DNA of 64,000 bases from Lytechinus pictus. Taxonomy: Eukaryota. This document shows, piece by piece, positions 26,740-40,169 of this stretch (positions are counted from its first letter, which is position 1; every line of letters begins with the position of its first letter). The stretch covers positions 6,572,001 through 6,636,000 of the forward strand of contig NC_087250.1 in assembly GCF_037042905.1 (NCBI RefSeq), read 5' to 3'. Under the pieces are notes generated by a model. It did not search any database. It worked only from the letters and a program-made list of their open reading frames with translations, and was not told the DNA's origin. Both the position numbers and the translations under genes were made by a program.

Positions 26740-27679
26740 GAAGTGGAATGCCTCTGGCCGTCTCACCTGCATCACGCGATTCAATATAGCAGCAGTGCTG
26801 AGTCTGAAAACTACTATAACTCGCACAAGATGTTCAGTGATACTTGGTTACTCTTATTTCGACGTTTTATGAACTAGATCCATAAACTTTTAGAGTTATG
26901 ATGGTAATTCTACAGATACCCCCAATTCGGCCAAAGTTCATTGACCCTAAATGACGTTTGACCTTGGTCATGTGACGTGAAACTCATGCAGGATGTTCAA
27001 TGATACCTGATTAACCTTATGTATAAGTTTCATGAACTAGGTCCATATATTTTCTAAGTTATGATGGTAATTTAACAGATACTCCCATTATGGCCAAAGT
27101 TCATTGACCTTTGACCTTGGTCATGTGACCTAAAATGCGCAAAGGATGTTCAGTGATACTTGATTACTCTTATGTCCAAGTTTTATGAACTAGACCAACA
27201 CACTTTCAAAGTTAGGCGGTAATTCAACAAATACCCCCAATTCGGCCAAAGTTCATTGACCCTAAATGACCTTTGACCTTGGTCATGTAACGTGAAACTC
27301 ATGCAGGATATTCAGTGATACTTGATTAACCTTTTGTATAAGTTTCATGAACTAGGTCTATATATTTTCTAAGTTATGATGACACTTCAAAAACTTAACC
27401 TTAGGTTAAGATTTTGATGTTGATTCCCCCAACATGGTCTAAGTTCATTGACCCTAAATGACATTTGACCTTAGTCATGTGACATGAACCTCCGGCAGGA
27501 TGTTCAGTAATACTTGATTAACTAATTGGCCAAGTTTCATGAACTAGGTTCATATACTTTCTAAGTTATGCTGTCATTTCCAAAACTTAACCTCTGGTTA
27601 AGATTTGGTGTTGACGCCACCGCCGCCGTCGGAAAAGCGGCGCCTATAGTCTCACTCTGCTATGCAGGTGAGACAAAAA
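26740..27679 (-). mobile_element. Helentron-associated (HINE/DINE-1-like) element, best-preserved copy
   Basis: Subterminal IRs GTCTCACCTGCAT (26760-26772) / ATGCAGGTGAGAC (27662-27674). Partner IR GTCTCAC at 27649. (GCC)n microsatellite, ~140-150-bp tandem units, short terminal palindrome near 26750. Inserted in an A/T run with no TSD. Confidence 0.8.
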
Positions 27680-29339
27680 CATATTGTTGCAATTCGTTTG
27701 GGGTAAAACCATGAATTAATCCGACTAATAATTGACCCGAAGGCCGAAAAATACATACGTAACGCATTGTGTAAATTTTAGTCAAAATGTAATCGAATTT
27801 CTGAAGAGCGTTTCCACAGTATGAAAACAATTCGGGGACGGTGCGATGTGTGTATCGCACTGAAATTGCACGCAGTTGCCGGGACACGACATTTGCTTCC
27901 GCGAGATTTCCACCGGTCTTGATATATCAAAGGCACGGGGTTAGAGTTATGGTGGTAAAAGAGGGGGGTTTTTTTCAGAATAACGTAAAGATAAGGATTG
28001 GGGTTTAAAAGTGTTGGAGGATATATTTTATGTTTTGCTTTAAGTGCGAACTTTCCATTGGTGCATTTGTCATAGGGGCAATCAACTGCCATTGAACCCA
28101 TAATTGCAACACATTGGAATGGTTGGCACTGTGTGATAACACACACAGAGAACTGTGTTCACATAGAAGACAAGTAGTAAGAAAATTCAACGCAAGATGT
28201 AAAATCCATTTGTCGCAGTGTGAGTGCCTTATTTTCCGTGCTCTCCTCCCAGGTGAGGTATGTGGGTACCTGGTAGGAATGTTTTCCCTTGAATGCCTTG
28301 AGTGCGTCATAGTAGCTCGGGTAAGCCATAGTAACCATTTATTGTAGAGCGGTTATATACATGTACTCTTGATTTAGAGGTATTAGGCGCTAATTGTATA
28401 TAAAACAAAGAAATGTTATAAAATGAAGATAAAACAAAAACTACCCTGAAAATAAGAACCCGCCCTTTCACACGGTAAAAAAAAATCAATGTTGATTTCA
28501 GGAAAAAATAAGGGTAATGACATATTTTTGACACGTGTAAACCAAACTAGAATCATGAACGCTTATCACAATTTCAAATTCAAATTCTACTTCGGAGGTG
28601 AATTCCAGTTAAGTTTCATACAAATTATGGTAGGAGTCTTACGTGTGAAATGCTTGACCTCCAAAACATTTTTTTTTTTTTTTTTTTTTTTTTTGGGGGG
28701 GGCGGAACTTACATGTCCGTAAATAATGCGATTGTCATGCACTCGTCGTATCGACGCAGTGCTTTCATCGATGGATATACCCCCAAGCATTTAAAAAGCT
28801 TGAAGAAAAATAAGGTATAATAAAACAAGATATTTCCGATATTTTTTTAAGACCACAAAAATCCCATCTGAACAATAGACTCAGAGAATGTCAATATAAA
28901 ACATTACACAATATATTATACACAAAAAAGTCTTTGTATTTATTTAAAATGACAACAGATGATTTATATTCATTTTGCAGTAATGAAGAAAAACATATGA
29001 TCATATAGTTTTTTCATGTGATAGGATAAAAACTGATACACTTTAAAGAAAGAAAACTAGCTGAATAGAGAGGTCTATTAACAAACAATTTCAGAAAATG
29101 GGACAAGTTTACTTTCTACGGATGCTGGGGCAAAGTAGGTTCAAGCATACAGTTATTTAACACCCCAAATGCGAGGGAGGTCCCTATTATCGCACTGCTC
29201 TTGGAGTAGGTTGGGGCGGTAATTTTGAATGGGATTTGTGTCTCCGGGGTGCAATGTGGTTTCTTCTGGAATGAAAATGTAAAAAAAAAAAAAAAAAAAA
29301 AATTGTAAATTTTTTTGTATTATAAATGATTATTTGACT

Positions 29340-30030
29340 TTGTGAACAGTGTTTTGTTGATACACTATTACTTGGATAATTTTGAACTGAATGATTTTAT
29401 TAAATATTATATTTTGGATCAAAAATTTATCCTCCGGTCATTGGCTAAAAGAGCTTCACGTGATTATGTGTATTTTCAACTATTTTGGAATGTTGGCAGC
29501 TAGGCATACTATTTGGGAAAATTACGTCATGTTTGTGACGTCATTTCCCCAAATAGTAAAACTATTTGGGGGAAATGACGTCACGGCGCCATACGCCTGA
29601 TGCGCGTGATATCAAAATCACCAACATTCAGCGGGGTATACGAGAGCTCGAGTGCTTACCATGGGCGACTCTCGCGACGTCGCGGCTACGTTTTTTAATG
29701 ACCGATCATCCGCGATTATCTAGCGCCAGCTTTCGATATAAAGACATTTGTAAACATTATTTAAGAAAAGAGCACAAGATCATCAGAGTGACAAGAGAGG
29801 ATAAAAGGTAAGCCATTATTCTGTTTTTTTCCTTTTGTTTAAAATTTTTGATCCAAAATATAAAACAAATATACTCTGCCATAATTTAGAGTTAGTCTAG
29901 TTAAAACTATGGGCCTCGGTGCCTCCAATAGTACCATTCACTTCGGGGCTCAGTGAATAGTACTATTCTGGAGTCACCTCTTGCCCATAGTTTTAACCAG
30001 ACCCTCTCTAGGCAAAGTATATTTGTATAC
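29340..30030. mobile_element. Non-autonomous element with nested inverted repeats (class uncertain)
   Basis: TTTTGGATCAAAAATTT (~29411) pairs with AAATTTTTGATCCAAAA (~29842). ACAAATATACTCTGCC (~29865) pairs with GGCAAAGTATATTTGT (~30011). CpG-rich core. Confidence 0.5.
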
Positions 30031-30059
30031 TATTACAAAAACAAATGAGAGTGAGCATG

Positions 30060-30948
30060 TGAAAGGTCTGATATGTTTACTCCCACCTCTGAAATGTTCC
30101 ATACTCTAAAATGGATTAACATGGAAAATAGATGGGAGTTCTAGAAGAGTAAATTAATGTTTGATATCATGAATAACAGTGCACCATTATATTTGTACAA
30201 TGTGTTTTCATTATCCAGCCATACTCACAGATATAGTACAAGAAGTTCAGAGAATTATGGTGTGATCATTCCAAGAGTGAAGACAGAATGTGGTAAACGT
30301 GCACTATCAATCGATGGTGCTTTACTTTGGAATAGCCTAACCCCATCAGTGAGAAGTGCTAGTAGTAAGAATGCTTTTTGTTCCCAGTACTTGAAGTGGT
30401 GCTCTTCAAGGAAATAGCCCCTTCACTCTTTGCAACATGCAGACATCAGAATGTGAAGCACATATATAGGCTTTTTAATATTGTATGAATTACATGTATC
30501 TTAACTACTTGCAACACATCTTAAAGATTGTCACACATGGAATAATTATGAGTTTCTCTGTTAATTTCATGGAAAATAGTTGATGATTTGCATATTTTTG
30601 TTTCCACTACTAGATTTCCGTATGTACTATTCACACTGAGTAGCAATCACATTGATTTACCTGAATTTAGATAATTGAAATGTAGGGTGAGGGTGTTTTT
30701 CCTGTATTGTAATGCTGATTGAAATCCAGATGAAATAACGTTACTTCCCTACATTGTACTTATGTACCATCATCTTTTTTCTATGTATTCACTTTTGATT
30801 ATTTTGCATGTTCTATTTGTTTTTTCCTTATGTAATTTGCTTGTCTGTTATATTGTAAATATTTGTTTACAGGGCCCCCTGGAAAACAGTACAAGACTAC
30901 TGATGGGGCTACCCTGTATAAATAAAACGAAATAAATAAAAATAAAAT
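30060..30948 (+). mobile_element. 5'-truncated CR1/L2-group LINE (ORF2 C-terminus plus 3' UTR)
   Basis: ORF 30157-30417 has the conserved C-terminal pattern H.YSTR...P..KT..GK.A.S..GA.LWNSL. 3' stem ACAGGG...CCCTGT followed by an AATAAA-rich tail at ~30870-30948. Confidence 0.8.
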
Positions 30949-31452
30949 TCTAAAGACGAATTACGTACAATCTTCAATGCAATGATGATTCAGGATTTAC
31001 ATGTGAAAATGCTCAAAGACGTTCTCCAGCACCGCGCTGCAGAAATAGATACACTGTTATGGCTTTGTTCAGGAAAGTGTCATTGCAGTAGTTTCAATAA
31101 TTTTAGTAAATGTGATAGTTAATTATATAATTTGAGGAAATACGTTGAAGGGGAAGATGATGGTAGTGATCTAAGTGACGACAAAGACGACTACGACAAA
31201 GTGTGAAGATGACGATATTGATGATAAAGATGGTAATGTCAATAATGATGATAATGTTCATGTTTTTGGTAATGATGAAAATGATAGCAATCATTTTGAT
31301 GATGGTAGTGGTAGTTCCTACTGAGTTACTTTTTAAAACAATATTTGATAAGAGATGAAATATTAACACAAACATTTTACGTACACTTTTGAATTATTGT
31401 ATGTATGGTGTTTGAGAAGTAGAGGGCGGAGAATATAATTGGTCTTAACCGT

Positions 31453-31640
31453 GGAGGTGCCAAGGCCGAGTGGTCTAAGGCGCATGGCTATACACATTGA
31501 AAGTCCGGGGCTCGATCCCAGGCCGCAGTACCTATGCCCTTGAGCAAGGCATTTACTCTGCAATGCTCTTTTATCCTGCTTTCAAATAAATAGAAATGAT
31601 ATATACATTATTGGTTACGATGTGTACACTTGTTAAAAAA
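31453..31640 (+). mobile_element. tRNA-derived SINE (degenerate)
   Basis: Box A AGGCCGAGTGGTCTAAGG, box B-like GGGCTCGATCCC, then the GCCCTTGAGCAAGGCA core typical of SINE2 families. Confidence 0.7.
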
Positions 31641-32109
31641 TTGTATCGTTTAGTTTTATATGGTTAAATTACCTTGGGATTAGTACCGTAACATTTGAAG
31701 CAAAACGGGTAGGGTGAGAGTGAGCTAATATATTTTCATTGGGATGTTATCTATGGCGAACATTTAATAATTGAATGGTAATTTCTGCATCTCTTTGTAA
31801 TACAAACTTGTGTCTAGCTGTCTGTAAGGTATATTCCCTTGGGAACATTCCGGAGGGGAGGTGATGGTAGGTAGGTTTGTGTGCGTGTGTGTTTGAGGTG
31901 GTCGTGTTTGGTGTTGGGATAAGACCGCGTCATATCTTTGTGGAGAAAACCGAGCCCCAGTTCTACTGTTGAAACCTAAACATGTATTAATGCGCATCAA
32001 TCCGTAGCATTATAATAGCTATCAATTCATATTTAAAAAAGGGGGGCGTTAATCTACTACCGAGGCAGAAACATTTCTATATTTGGTTCCATAAAATGGT
32101 TCTTTCATT

Positions 32110-32509
32110 TTGATTGGTTGATAAATTGTTTTGCCCACCAGAGTTACGTGTAAGAAATGCCTTGTGTAGATTTAAGTGTTTCGAAGTCGATTCAATCAGT
32201 TTAAGCCCCGCAGGAGCCTTCGAACACACTGTTTGACCTGATGATGTTGTGTTATCAAGAAATGATAGAAACAGTTTGAAATTGAATTGAGCTGCGAGGA
32301 GGATAGCGTGATTCTACATGGATATCAATTGTATTTCTCCCAAATGCTTCGGGTAAATGTTTTCGAGGATATGTTCTAACAAACAACTATTTGCACTATC
32401 CGCCAAGCTCAAATGCGTCATCTAAATATTAGGTTTTTACGGAAATAATAGAGGAAGCTAATTTCCACCCTAAATTCTGGAGCTTCACTGCAAGTTTAAT
32501 CCAAAACAG
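32110..32509 (+). promoter_or_regulatory. Putative promoter and non-coding first exon of the DEATH-domain gene
   Basis: Reverse CCAAT (ATTGG, 32113), Inr-like TCAGT (32196), non-repetitive stretch ending in a strong donor CAG|GTAAGA (32509/32510). An in-frame TAA at 32497 makes it non-coding relative to the DEATH exon. Confidence 0.4.
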
Positions 32510-34721
32510 GTAAGAAAGGGGTTGTAAATTAATTGTACTAATGCTGATAAAGGGTTGATATTCAATCGGTTTACAATGAAAACGTCAGCTTAATTGTCTA
32601 ATAGAATTTTGACGAAACCCATTTGGTTATAAATTTGGTGTAGTTGATATCTTGCTAATTTGTCTATTGAGTTTATCCCAGTTTGTCTACCGAACTATTG
32701 GTCTGTTTCCAGTTAGTCATGTACCCCTTTATGGACATACTATCGAGGGGCGGACCGAGCTTTCGCCAATGAGGGAATATTTCCATACACATTTCCCCGA
32801 TCAGCCTCGAAAAGCTGTTTTTTGTGAGTAGTCCTTACTAAAGACTATTTGCTTTAAGTATCTGGATTTTTACCTTTATTCTTACGAATAACACGAGACA
32901 TCTCATGAGGCCTGAATACATGTCATAATGCGAGTTGGAGTTCATTGTTTGTGTATTTCATGTATTTAGTCCTGGAAAGTTGACATTTTGATTTTTTTTT
33001 TGTAGTGATAACACACATCTAGGCAATTAATGATCGTGCAAAGCACGATATGCCATTGTATATGCTGACCTTTGAATTATTTTAAAGACTCTTAATAAAA
33101 ACTCATCATGGTTACACGTTTCAAAAATAAATCCACCTTTTGCGAGCAAGAAGCCCGAGTTTGATTTAATTTTCAATTTAATAGTTGCACCTAAAGGCGG
33201 AATTTGTAAAAAAAAAAAAAAATATGTAACAATATTTTGTCATCCAAACATGCAAAGGTAACTAAACAATACGAGCGCGAAGCGCGAGCTAAACTTCTAT
33301 AAGTTACACTTACCTGAAAAAGTGGGAATTTAAAGGATTGTTTTGGGGAACTAATGAGCAGGTTACATATCCCACATACCTATTTTTATATCCTACCTGA
33401 AAAGGGAAATTTTAAGGATTGTTTGCTAACAAAGCAATCGTGAACTGGATTTGTATATCACTTATAAAATTCAACAGTAAACGTCTGCTAAGGAGCTTTG
33501 ACGATTGAAGCAGAATAAAAGTTAACGTAATTTAGAACTGTTGTGAGATTGATGTATCTTACAAATCACTAGGTAAATCCGCAGCGTGTGCTGAAAAGCC
33601 ATGGTATTTGCAGCTGAAATACATTTAATTGCTGTTTGTTAGAATTCATGAAGAGAATACATCATAAATCAAAATGCAAGCGCACATATGTTTGTAGATT
33701 TTATTTTTCTTACGTGAAAATGATAAAATCGTAAGCCCTATCTGATCGACTTGAACAGAATGTGGATCTCACCAAGCAGTCAATTCCACTTTCCTTAATC
33801 TTAGTCACTTTTCTTTCTCTTTTTTTTTCTCTTGTAATATATTTCCTTCTCAATTTCCACCTATCTTTCCCCTTTCCCTCATTAGGTGGTCTGTCAGTGA
33901 CAGATTACCTTAATTTCGTCAAAATTTTCTTGTTTATATTTAAAGCAAATTTTTGTCGCCAAATTTTCTCCAAATAGGCTCAATCAATTTGACTGAATTT
34001 CATGTTATTTACGAAATCATCTTAGAGATGCCATAATAAGATTTCCAATGTCATCTGGTCGTAATGAGGTCATCTAGGCGCCAATTTGTATTTTGTTTTC
34101 ATCATATCTACATAACTGATTATCACTTATCAATCATATTTACAACATATAAACTTTAGGTCACAGGCCAACTGTCGAGGTTATTTATATTTCGACAGAG
34201 AATGAATTTTAGATATGATTTCTTTTTTCATATGACCCTATATAATATTGTGACGTCATCAAAATGACGTCAGAATTAAAAATTTATATTTGCGTGCTAT
34301 GACGTCATCTTAATTATGCAAATATGACTCTAACTCTGTAAGTGGTAGTCAATTTACGTCATTTTTTTTTTTATATGGTATAGCTGAGGGCTTTCCTATT
34401 CTGAATAGATTTTTTTTTTTTGATGGAAGGATCATCCTAAAAATTGTCATTTTGGCTCATTTTGCGTGTAATCTGTATCATGTCTCTGAGAGATGACTTT
34501 TTGTTAAAACCAGACTCTACATTCCTTTATTTCATGAGCCATATCTCTATTATTTATTGCTGACATTTTCTGAGCTTCTTGTACGTTGTAGCTGAGATTA
34601 TAGGCTTTTGCTAAAGTTCCTTCCTTTTCCAATCAGATGCCGGGATCATGCCGGTTTTATACTTGCAAAATTGGATTTGAGATTCTTGTTTAATGCATAC
34701 GTGTAAAGTCTAAGGGAAATA

Positions 34722-34802
34722 CTGTAGTCCAATCGGTAAGGCGACAGACTTGACTTGCCCATCAAGCGACCACGGGGGCACGGGTTCGAGCTCAGGGTGA
34801 AC
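34722..34802 (+). pseudogene. tRNA-like remnant / SINE head
   Basis: TAGTCCAATCGGTAAGGCG (box A-like) and GGGTTCGAGCTC (box B-like). No clean cloverleaf. Confidence 0.45.
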
Positions 34803-35079
34803 ATGAGTATTCTTTTTTTCTTTTCACCATTTCGCACATGGTCCTTTATGATCATTAAAAGCAATAAAGAAAGAAAACGACTAAAAGTTAAAATATTGAA
34901 CAATAAAAGAGATTAAAACAATTTTTATGCGATGATTATTATAAAGATATTAATGGAAAATAAATTAACATATTTTTAATGGGGTGTAAGTTTATGGCGA
35001 ACAGTTATGAAAGTAAGGCATTGCTTGGTAATTACTACGTCTCTTTGTTTAGGTTTTCGAGGTCAAATGTCCGCAGATC

Positions 35080-35385
35080 GGAACCGATCGTCCATATAGG
35101 TATTTCAAATGTCCGTGTACACGAATAAATGTCTGCATAAGAATATGGATGTCCGATAAGGGATTTATAATGTCCATGTAGGTTCAAAGTGTCTATATAG
35201 CTAAATCAAATATCCCATTAGGGAGCTCAAATGTCCACGTAGGTTCAAAGTTTCCATATAGCTATATCAAATACCCGATTAGAAAAAAACTAAATGTCAC
35301 ATAGGGAACTAAATGTCCAATTAGAGAGTGGAATATCCCACTTTGAAAAAGAAATGTCGTATAGGGCTCTCAATTGTCCACGGCT
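35080..35385. repeat. Degenerate ~20-22-bp minisatellite (AAATGTCC...TAGG)
   Basis: Repeated AAATGTCC/ATAGG motifs. Confidence 0.7.
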
Positions 35386-35665
35386 CAAATTAATGATTAC
35401 TCGAACATAATTTCATTTTTTCATCTTTCGCTTTTTCATTTTCTGTCACTCAGCTTTTCATTTCCCTTCCTGCTCGATCTATTCATTTGTCAAGCAAGGG
35501 ATCCCCCCTCATTTCACAAATTTGCTGACCTCCTTAATTTGTATCCTTATTCTATTCATTGATTTATTCATGTTTTTGTCTATTCTTTATTTTATTTTAT
35601 TTTTTTTATTATATTTTATATTTTTTTATCTTATCTATTCTTTTATTTATATATATATATATATA

Positions 35666-36430
35666 TGAAGAGCTCACTTGCAAAAGGGGTTAGGTCCATT
35701 TTTCATCAAATTTGATTTTTTGTCTCAATGTATCGATTTTAAGTAGCTCTATGAGATGATACCAAAGAAAAGTTGAAATTCCCATTAAAAAGAGATCTGA
35801 AAAAATTATTTTTTTTCAAAAGGAGTTAGGTCAATTTAAGTTTAGTTGCAAAAGGGGTTAGGTCCACACAGATTTTTTTTGAAAAAGAATATTTACCAAA
35901 AATGAACACGGGTGGATTTTTTTTTATACCCAATTTTTTGTTCTCATGGTAGGGTATCACGAAAATTTAGTTTCGCTTAAGAACATTGCAATATGGGAGA
36001 ATAAAAAAGGTGATTTTCTTGGAGTGGACCTAACCCCTTTGGCAAACAAATTATTCTGAAGAGCTCATTTGTCAAAAGGGGTTAGGTCCATTGTTCATAT
36101 TTTTTACAGTTTTTTGTCTCAAAACCTCTAAATTTTTAGTCGTTCTGATGAAAACAACAACAATTTGAAATTCACATGAAAACGTGAATAAAAGTGGCAA
36201 AGAAAAATATTTTTTTTTATTCAAAATAGATTGGATTCATTTCAGTTTAGTTGCAAAAGGGGTTAGGTCCACAATGATGATTTTTAAAAGAATGCAAAGA
36301 AAAAAAATGAAGACAGGTAGATTTTTTTTATACCCAATTTTATGTTCACATGATAGGTTAGTACATCATGACAAATTAGTTTCTCATAAGACTATTGCAG
36401 TAAGTGAGAATAAAAAAAACGTTTTTTCTC
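35666..36430. mobile_element. Tandem dimer (~390-bp unit) of a DNA-transposon-like element
   Basis: GAAGAGCTCA.TTG.CAAAAGGGGTTAGGTCCA at 35666 and ~36058. Inverted TGGACCTAACCCCTTT at ~36025. Confidence 0.65.
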
Positions 36431-36889
36431 GGAATAGTAATTCCGAGTATTATGGAAAACAAAACACATAAATTTCAAGAAAAAAAAAATGGGTAAATTT
36501 TAAAAGAATACTTGTCATTTTTGTTATAAGATTTCCGGACCTTTATGTGTATTTCTGCTTGATGTAAACATATTTTCATGATGAATATGCCGCGTGTGTC
36601 GGGTGATAGGTGATCAATTATTGTTGCATGGGCCGTGTTCGGCGCTCATTTGTTTTTTTAAGCGGCGGCGGAACGGATGGGCGTAGGACATGGCCACCAC
36701 AGGGATCGGTTGCCTTTTGTTTTCATACGCCCTGTAGGCCTATACTTTGTTCAAGATTATACTATGTTTGTATGCTATGCTTTGTATTATGTTATTTATA
36801 TCATTACTAAAATGTTTATGCATATATATGCTCTATCGGAGGGAAGTAAAACAAAAAAAAACATAAAAAACCCCATCTGATTCTTAATA

Positions 36890-37295
36890 TTCACACTCTC
36901 AAACTTAACCTTTGCAAAGAAATGCATATAATACCTAAGTTGTTTGTATTTAAAGCATGGCTTGTTCCGCATTATATTTCTTGCTTATAAAAGGCAGTTT
37001 AACCTTTTATGACCTTAAACGACCTTTAACTGACCTATGCGTAATTTAAATGCCTATTTCATTTGATCTTTCATAAGCTTTATTTGATACCAAACATGAC
37101 ATGTTAATTCCGTACAATATGAAAATCATATGTAAGAGGTTTATGAAAAGTGGGCGTGGTCCATGGCCAAGCTTTCCCAGGTAGCACCCGTCGGATTATT
37201 GGAGTAGACACCCTACATGTATACTACAACTTCCAGCATACAAAAAATCGCAGTCATGCCCAACTTGACGTTTATGTTGGGGTTCTACTTGACTT
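36890..37295. repeat. Dispersed repeat homologous to ~45680-46094 (Academ-like end)
   Basis: CACACTCTCAAACTTAACCTTTG...GCAGTCAT.CCCAA.TTGACG...GTTCTACTT shared between the two. Confidence 0.8.
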
Positions 37296-38450
37296 CAAGC
37301 CTAAGACCAATATAAGGATACCGACATTTTTAAGGTGCTGATCCACTCACGACAACACTTTTGTAAAGGTGAAGTCCATGCGCATGCGTATCTTATTCCG
37401 AAGACGCAATTCATGAATATTTATATTGGCATCCGGAACTGCGGTTGGAAAAATAATTTCGCGGGCCAGGCCCCTCCCCCTGGGTCCGCCTGTGTGTAGT
37501 ACCAAAGCCTTAATTCAGTATTTTTATTTTTTACTTAATATGTACTCGATTTGTTTGAACAACAACTATCTTATTCATGTCGTAATACATCACGTAGGCT
37601 CGGGGCTTCTTATGACACTTCCAGCCCAGCGCCCAGAGTCCTGGGGCCCAAAGGGCATGCTGCGATGAGCACTCGTTCGTGCGAACGTGAAAACACGGGA
37701 TCTTGTCATCTCACAACTTTCATGTTGTGCCTTTGAATGTTTTTAACAGATAAATGGCGCAATATAAATGCTGTGGATCATCATCATCATGTTGTCGCAA
37801 GCGTCGATCTCGACATGTCGCTGTACAACATAACATGTAGTATTATAATAATTTTGCAAACGAACACCAGATCTAATGTTGCCGTACTCGAGGTTGCGAA
37901 TGGTGTGAATCGTCAGCCAGACTGCGGGGCCTTATGCTAATGAGCAAAATCTCATTAATTCTGAAAAGTTCTTTGTCTAAGAGTTTCACCACTACAGCTT
38001 CAAGTAAGGTTGAATAGTATAGCACAATAGAAAAGAGTAATTTTATCGCTTTCATAATGGCCATTAATTTTAAATGAAACAATTTGAAAAATTAATGAAT
38101 TTTATGCCTGAAAATGTGTTCCAAAACGGATTTCCCCCCTTTGTTTTCTCTTGCAAATCCCCTTTTTTGAGCCCAAATGATAAATAAACCTTCGTTAAGC
38201 TCATTCTCTGTACTTCCTCACAATGTCAATCTAGATATTTGATACCACGTAAATGGGTTAGGATCTTTTTTTTTTCCATCGAGATACAACTCGAGATTTC
38301 TGAAATTTCTTAGTAGCATTAAATCGTGAGTTCTAATTTGCTGGATAATGTTTTAGAAACAGCATGCTCGGGCATTTGGAAAATATTACCATACTTTAGT
38401 GTGACTTTGGAGAGGCCCAATCATGAAAATCGTTGAAATTTGGGTTAGTG

Positions 38451-38659
38451 CACTGCAAAAACATCGGTGTCGATTTAACACCAGCCCAGAATATTATTCA
38501 GAGAAGTGTTAAACTACACCAGTTTTGTTTTGGTCTAACACCATGAGAACTAAAACAGCTTGGATTTGATTCCAATCTGGTGTTGTTTCAATACTTCTCT
38601 GGTTTGAACATATATAGATTCCGGGCTGGTGTTAAATCAACACCGGAGTTTTTGCAGTG
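38451..38659. mobile_element. CACTG-terminated MITE with a 2-bp TSD (EnSpm-like)
   Basis: tg|CACTGCAAAAAC..CGGTGT.GATTTAACACCAGCCC ... GGGCTGGTGTTAAATCAACACCGG..GTTTTTGCAGTG|tg. Confidence 0.85.
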
Positions 38660-39279
38660 TGTGTGGTTTCTTGGACCAATCAGAGCCAAGTATTATTGTT
38701 TTCCAGCTACTGAATCATGTACCTGGCCAATGAAAAGGTGGATATTCATCAATTTAAAACAAGTGTTCCTATACAACCTTTATCATATTAAAACTTAGAT
38801 CTTCAGCGTTTTCGTGATCTAAATATCATTTGGGCTAAACAAAGTGTAAAAATGATAAATCTTGACAGGCAAAAATAATTATTTTGTTGCATTTCTTCGA
38901 TCAAAGGTTTCACAAACATCACATTTAAACAAAATTAATCAAAACACATGTCCTGAAAGAGTTATTCTTAATGTTTTCAATGATACCAAACTCATGAAAT
39001 TTTATACGCATTTAGGGCAGCAATGACCGAATTAAAATATATAATTTGGTGCGGATCCAGCTCATTCAATATGCAAAATATTTCTAGTCACGAATATCAC
39101 TGGAATATTGAATGTACCTTTTGAGGACCTGCCAACTGACTGTTCTCATCATCGATATACTTGATTTTTAAGACATATCATGGGATGTAAATTCTTCATC
39201 ATTAACAATAAAATATTTTTGATTTTTAGATTTTTTTTAATCATTTATTCATGTTTATTATAATTTGTTGCCTTTTCAG

Positions 39280-39573
39280 GTCTATCCTCAATGATAATGG
39301 AGGCATTACCAGATTTACAGCAGGCGGAGATTGTACGTCTTGCCAAAGACATACTTCCTGGTCGTTACATAGAGCTCTGTGTAGCTTTAGGGTACTCCAT
39401 AAACCAGGGTGATGCAGTTCTTGCCAGCCACCAATCCAAATACAAGGAAGCTACAACGCAGGTTTTGAACGATTGGAATACGAAGCAAATCGAGCGAAAC
39501 CAATTACGATCAAACCTGGCACGGAAGCTTGAAGAGGCGGAGCTTGGTGAATTAGGAGTGAAATTATCCAAAG
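39280..39573 (+). CDS. Exon encoding an N-terminal DEATH domain (probable NLR-type or DEATH adaptor gene)
   Basis: Acceptor TTGCCTTTTCAG|, donor AAAG|GTAATA, 294 nt, phase-1 end. ATG at 39291 or 39297 (ataATGG). The peptide EIVRLAKDI...YIELCVALG...EATTQVLNDW...LRSNLARKLEEAELGEL fits the six-helix DEATH-fold pattern, including the conserved LG and W. Confidence 0.8.
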
Positions 39574-40169
39574 GTAATAACTATTCATTATTTCATATTT
39601 TTTATGACCGGTGTTCGATATTTAACAAATACCGAACAAATAACAGAGGAATTTTAAATTACAATTTTTCGGCCTTTTTTATTTTACACGTAAACAGATC
39701 ATACACTGAACAAAATAATAAGTTTTCTTATATATCTTGAAGAGTCAGTTCTGATCAATCTTCAAATTATGATAATCCAAACAATGCGAATTAGCTGGCA
39801 ATGAGTTTGTCCACAATGCAGGTGATGCTGAAATTGATGTTGATATGCGATGGATGTGTAGAAACAATGTAACAAGTTAAAACGTCCATGAAGACGAAGT
39901 TAATGATGATAACCAGTCAAGTCAGCAATTCGTGTGTTGACTAATTTGCTTTAGAACAGGGTGATGATCTCGATAAGCACTGATATTTCCTCTTTCAAGA
40001 TAAGTGCAAACAGTTCATTGATGGTGTTCAAATAATTCCACAGAACTCAATGATGTATTCTAGGTGGACATAAACCATGCTCCGACATTACGTCTAGCCT
40101 CAAACTCTGAGTACTGATCTGACATAATCCTTGAAGAAACTGCCAGCTTTTTTAAATATAAATTTCCAC

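Larger units (their letters stand above)
22938..27727. mobile_element. Large foldback / Academ-like non-autonomous element with nested insertions
   Basis: Inverted arms (CTGTTTCTGGTACTATTTGAC...GGAATAA at ~23004; TTATTCC...GTCAAATAGTACCAGAAACAG at ~26700) built from ~140-bp CCAAGATGGC units. Right end ...ATCCGACTA. Homologous, in opposite orientation, to 40170-43453. Confidence 0.7.

Noticed and set aside
39574-39740. C-terminal ~55 aa of the listed 149-aa ORF
   Set aside because: AT-rich read-through past a good GT donor at 39574, so probably intron.
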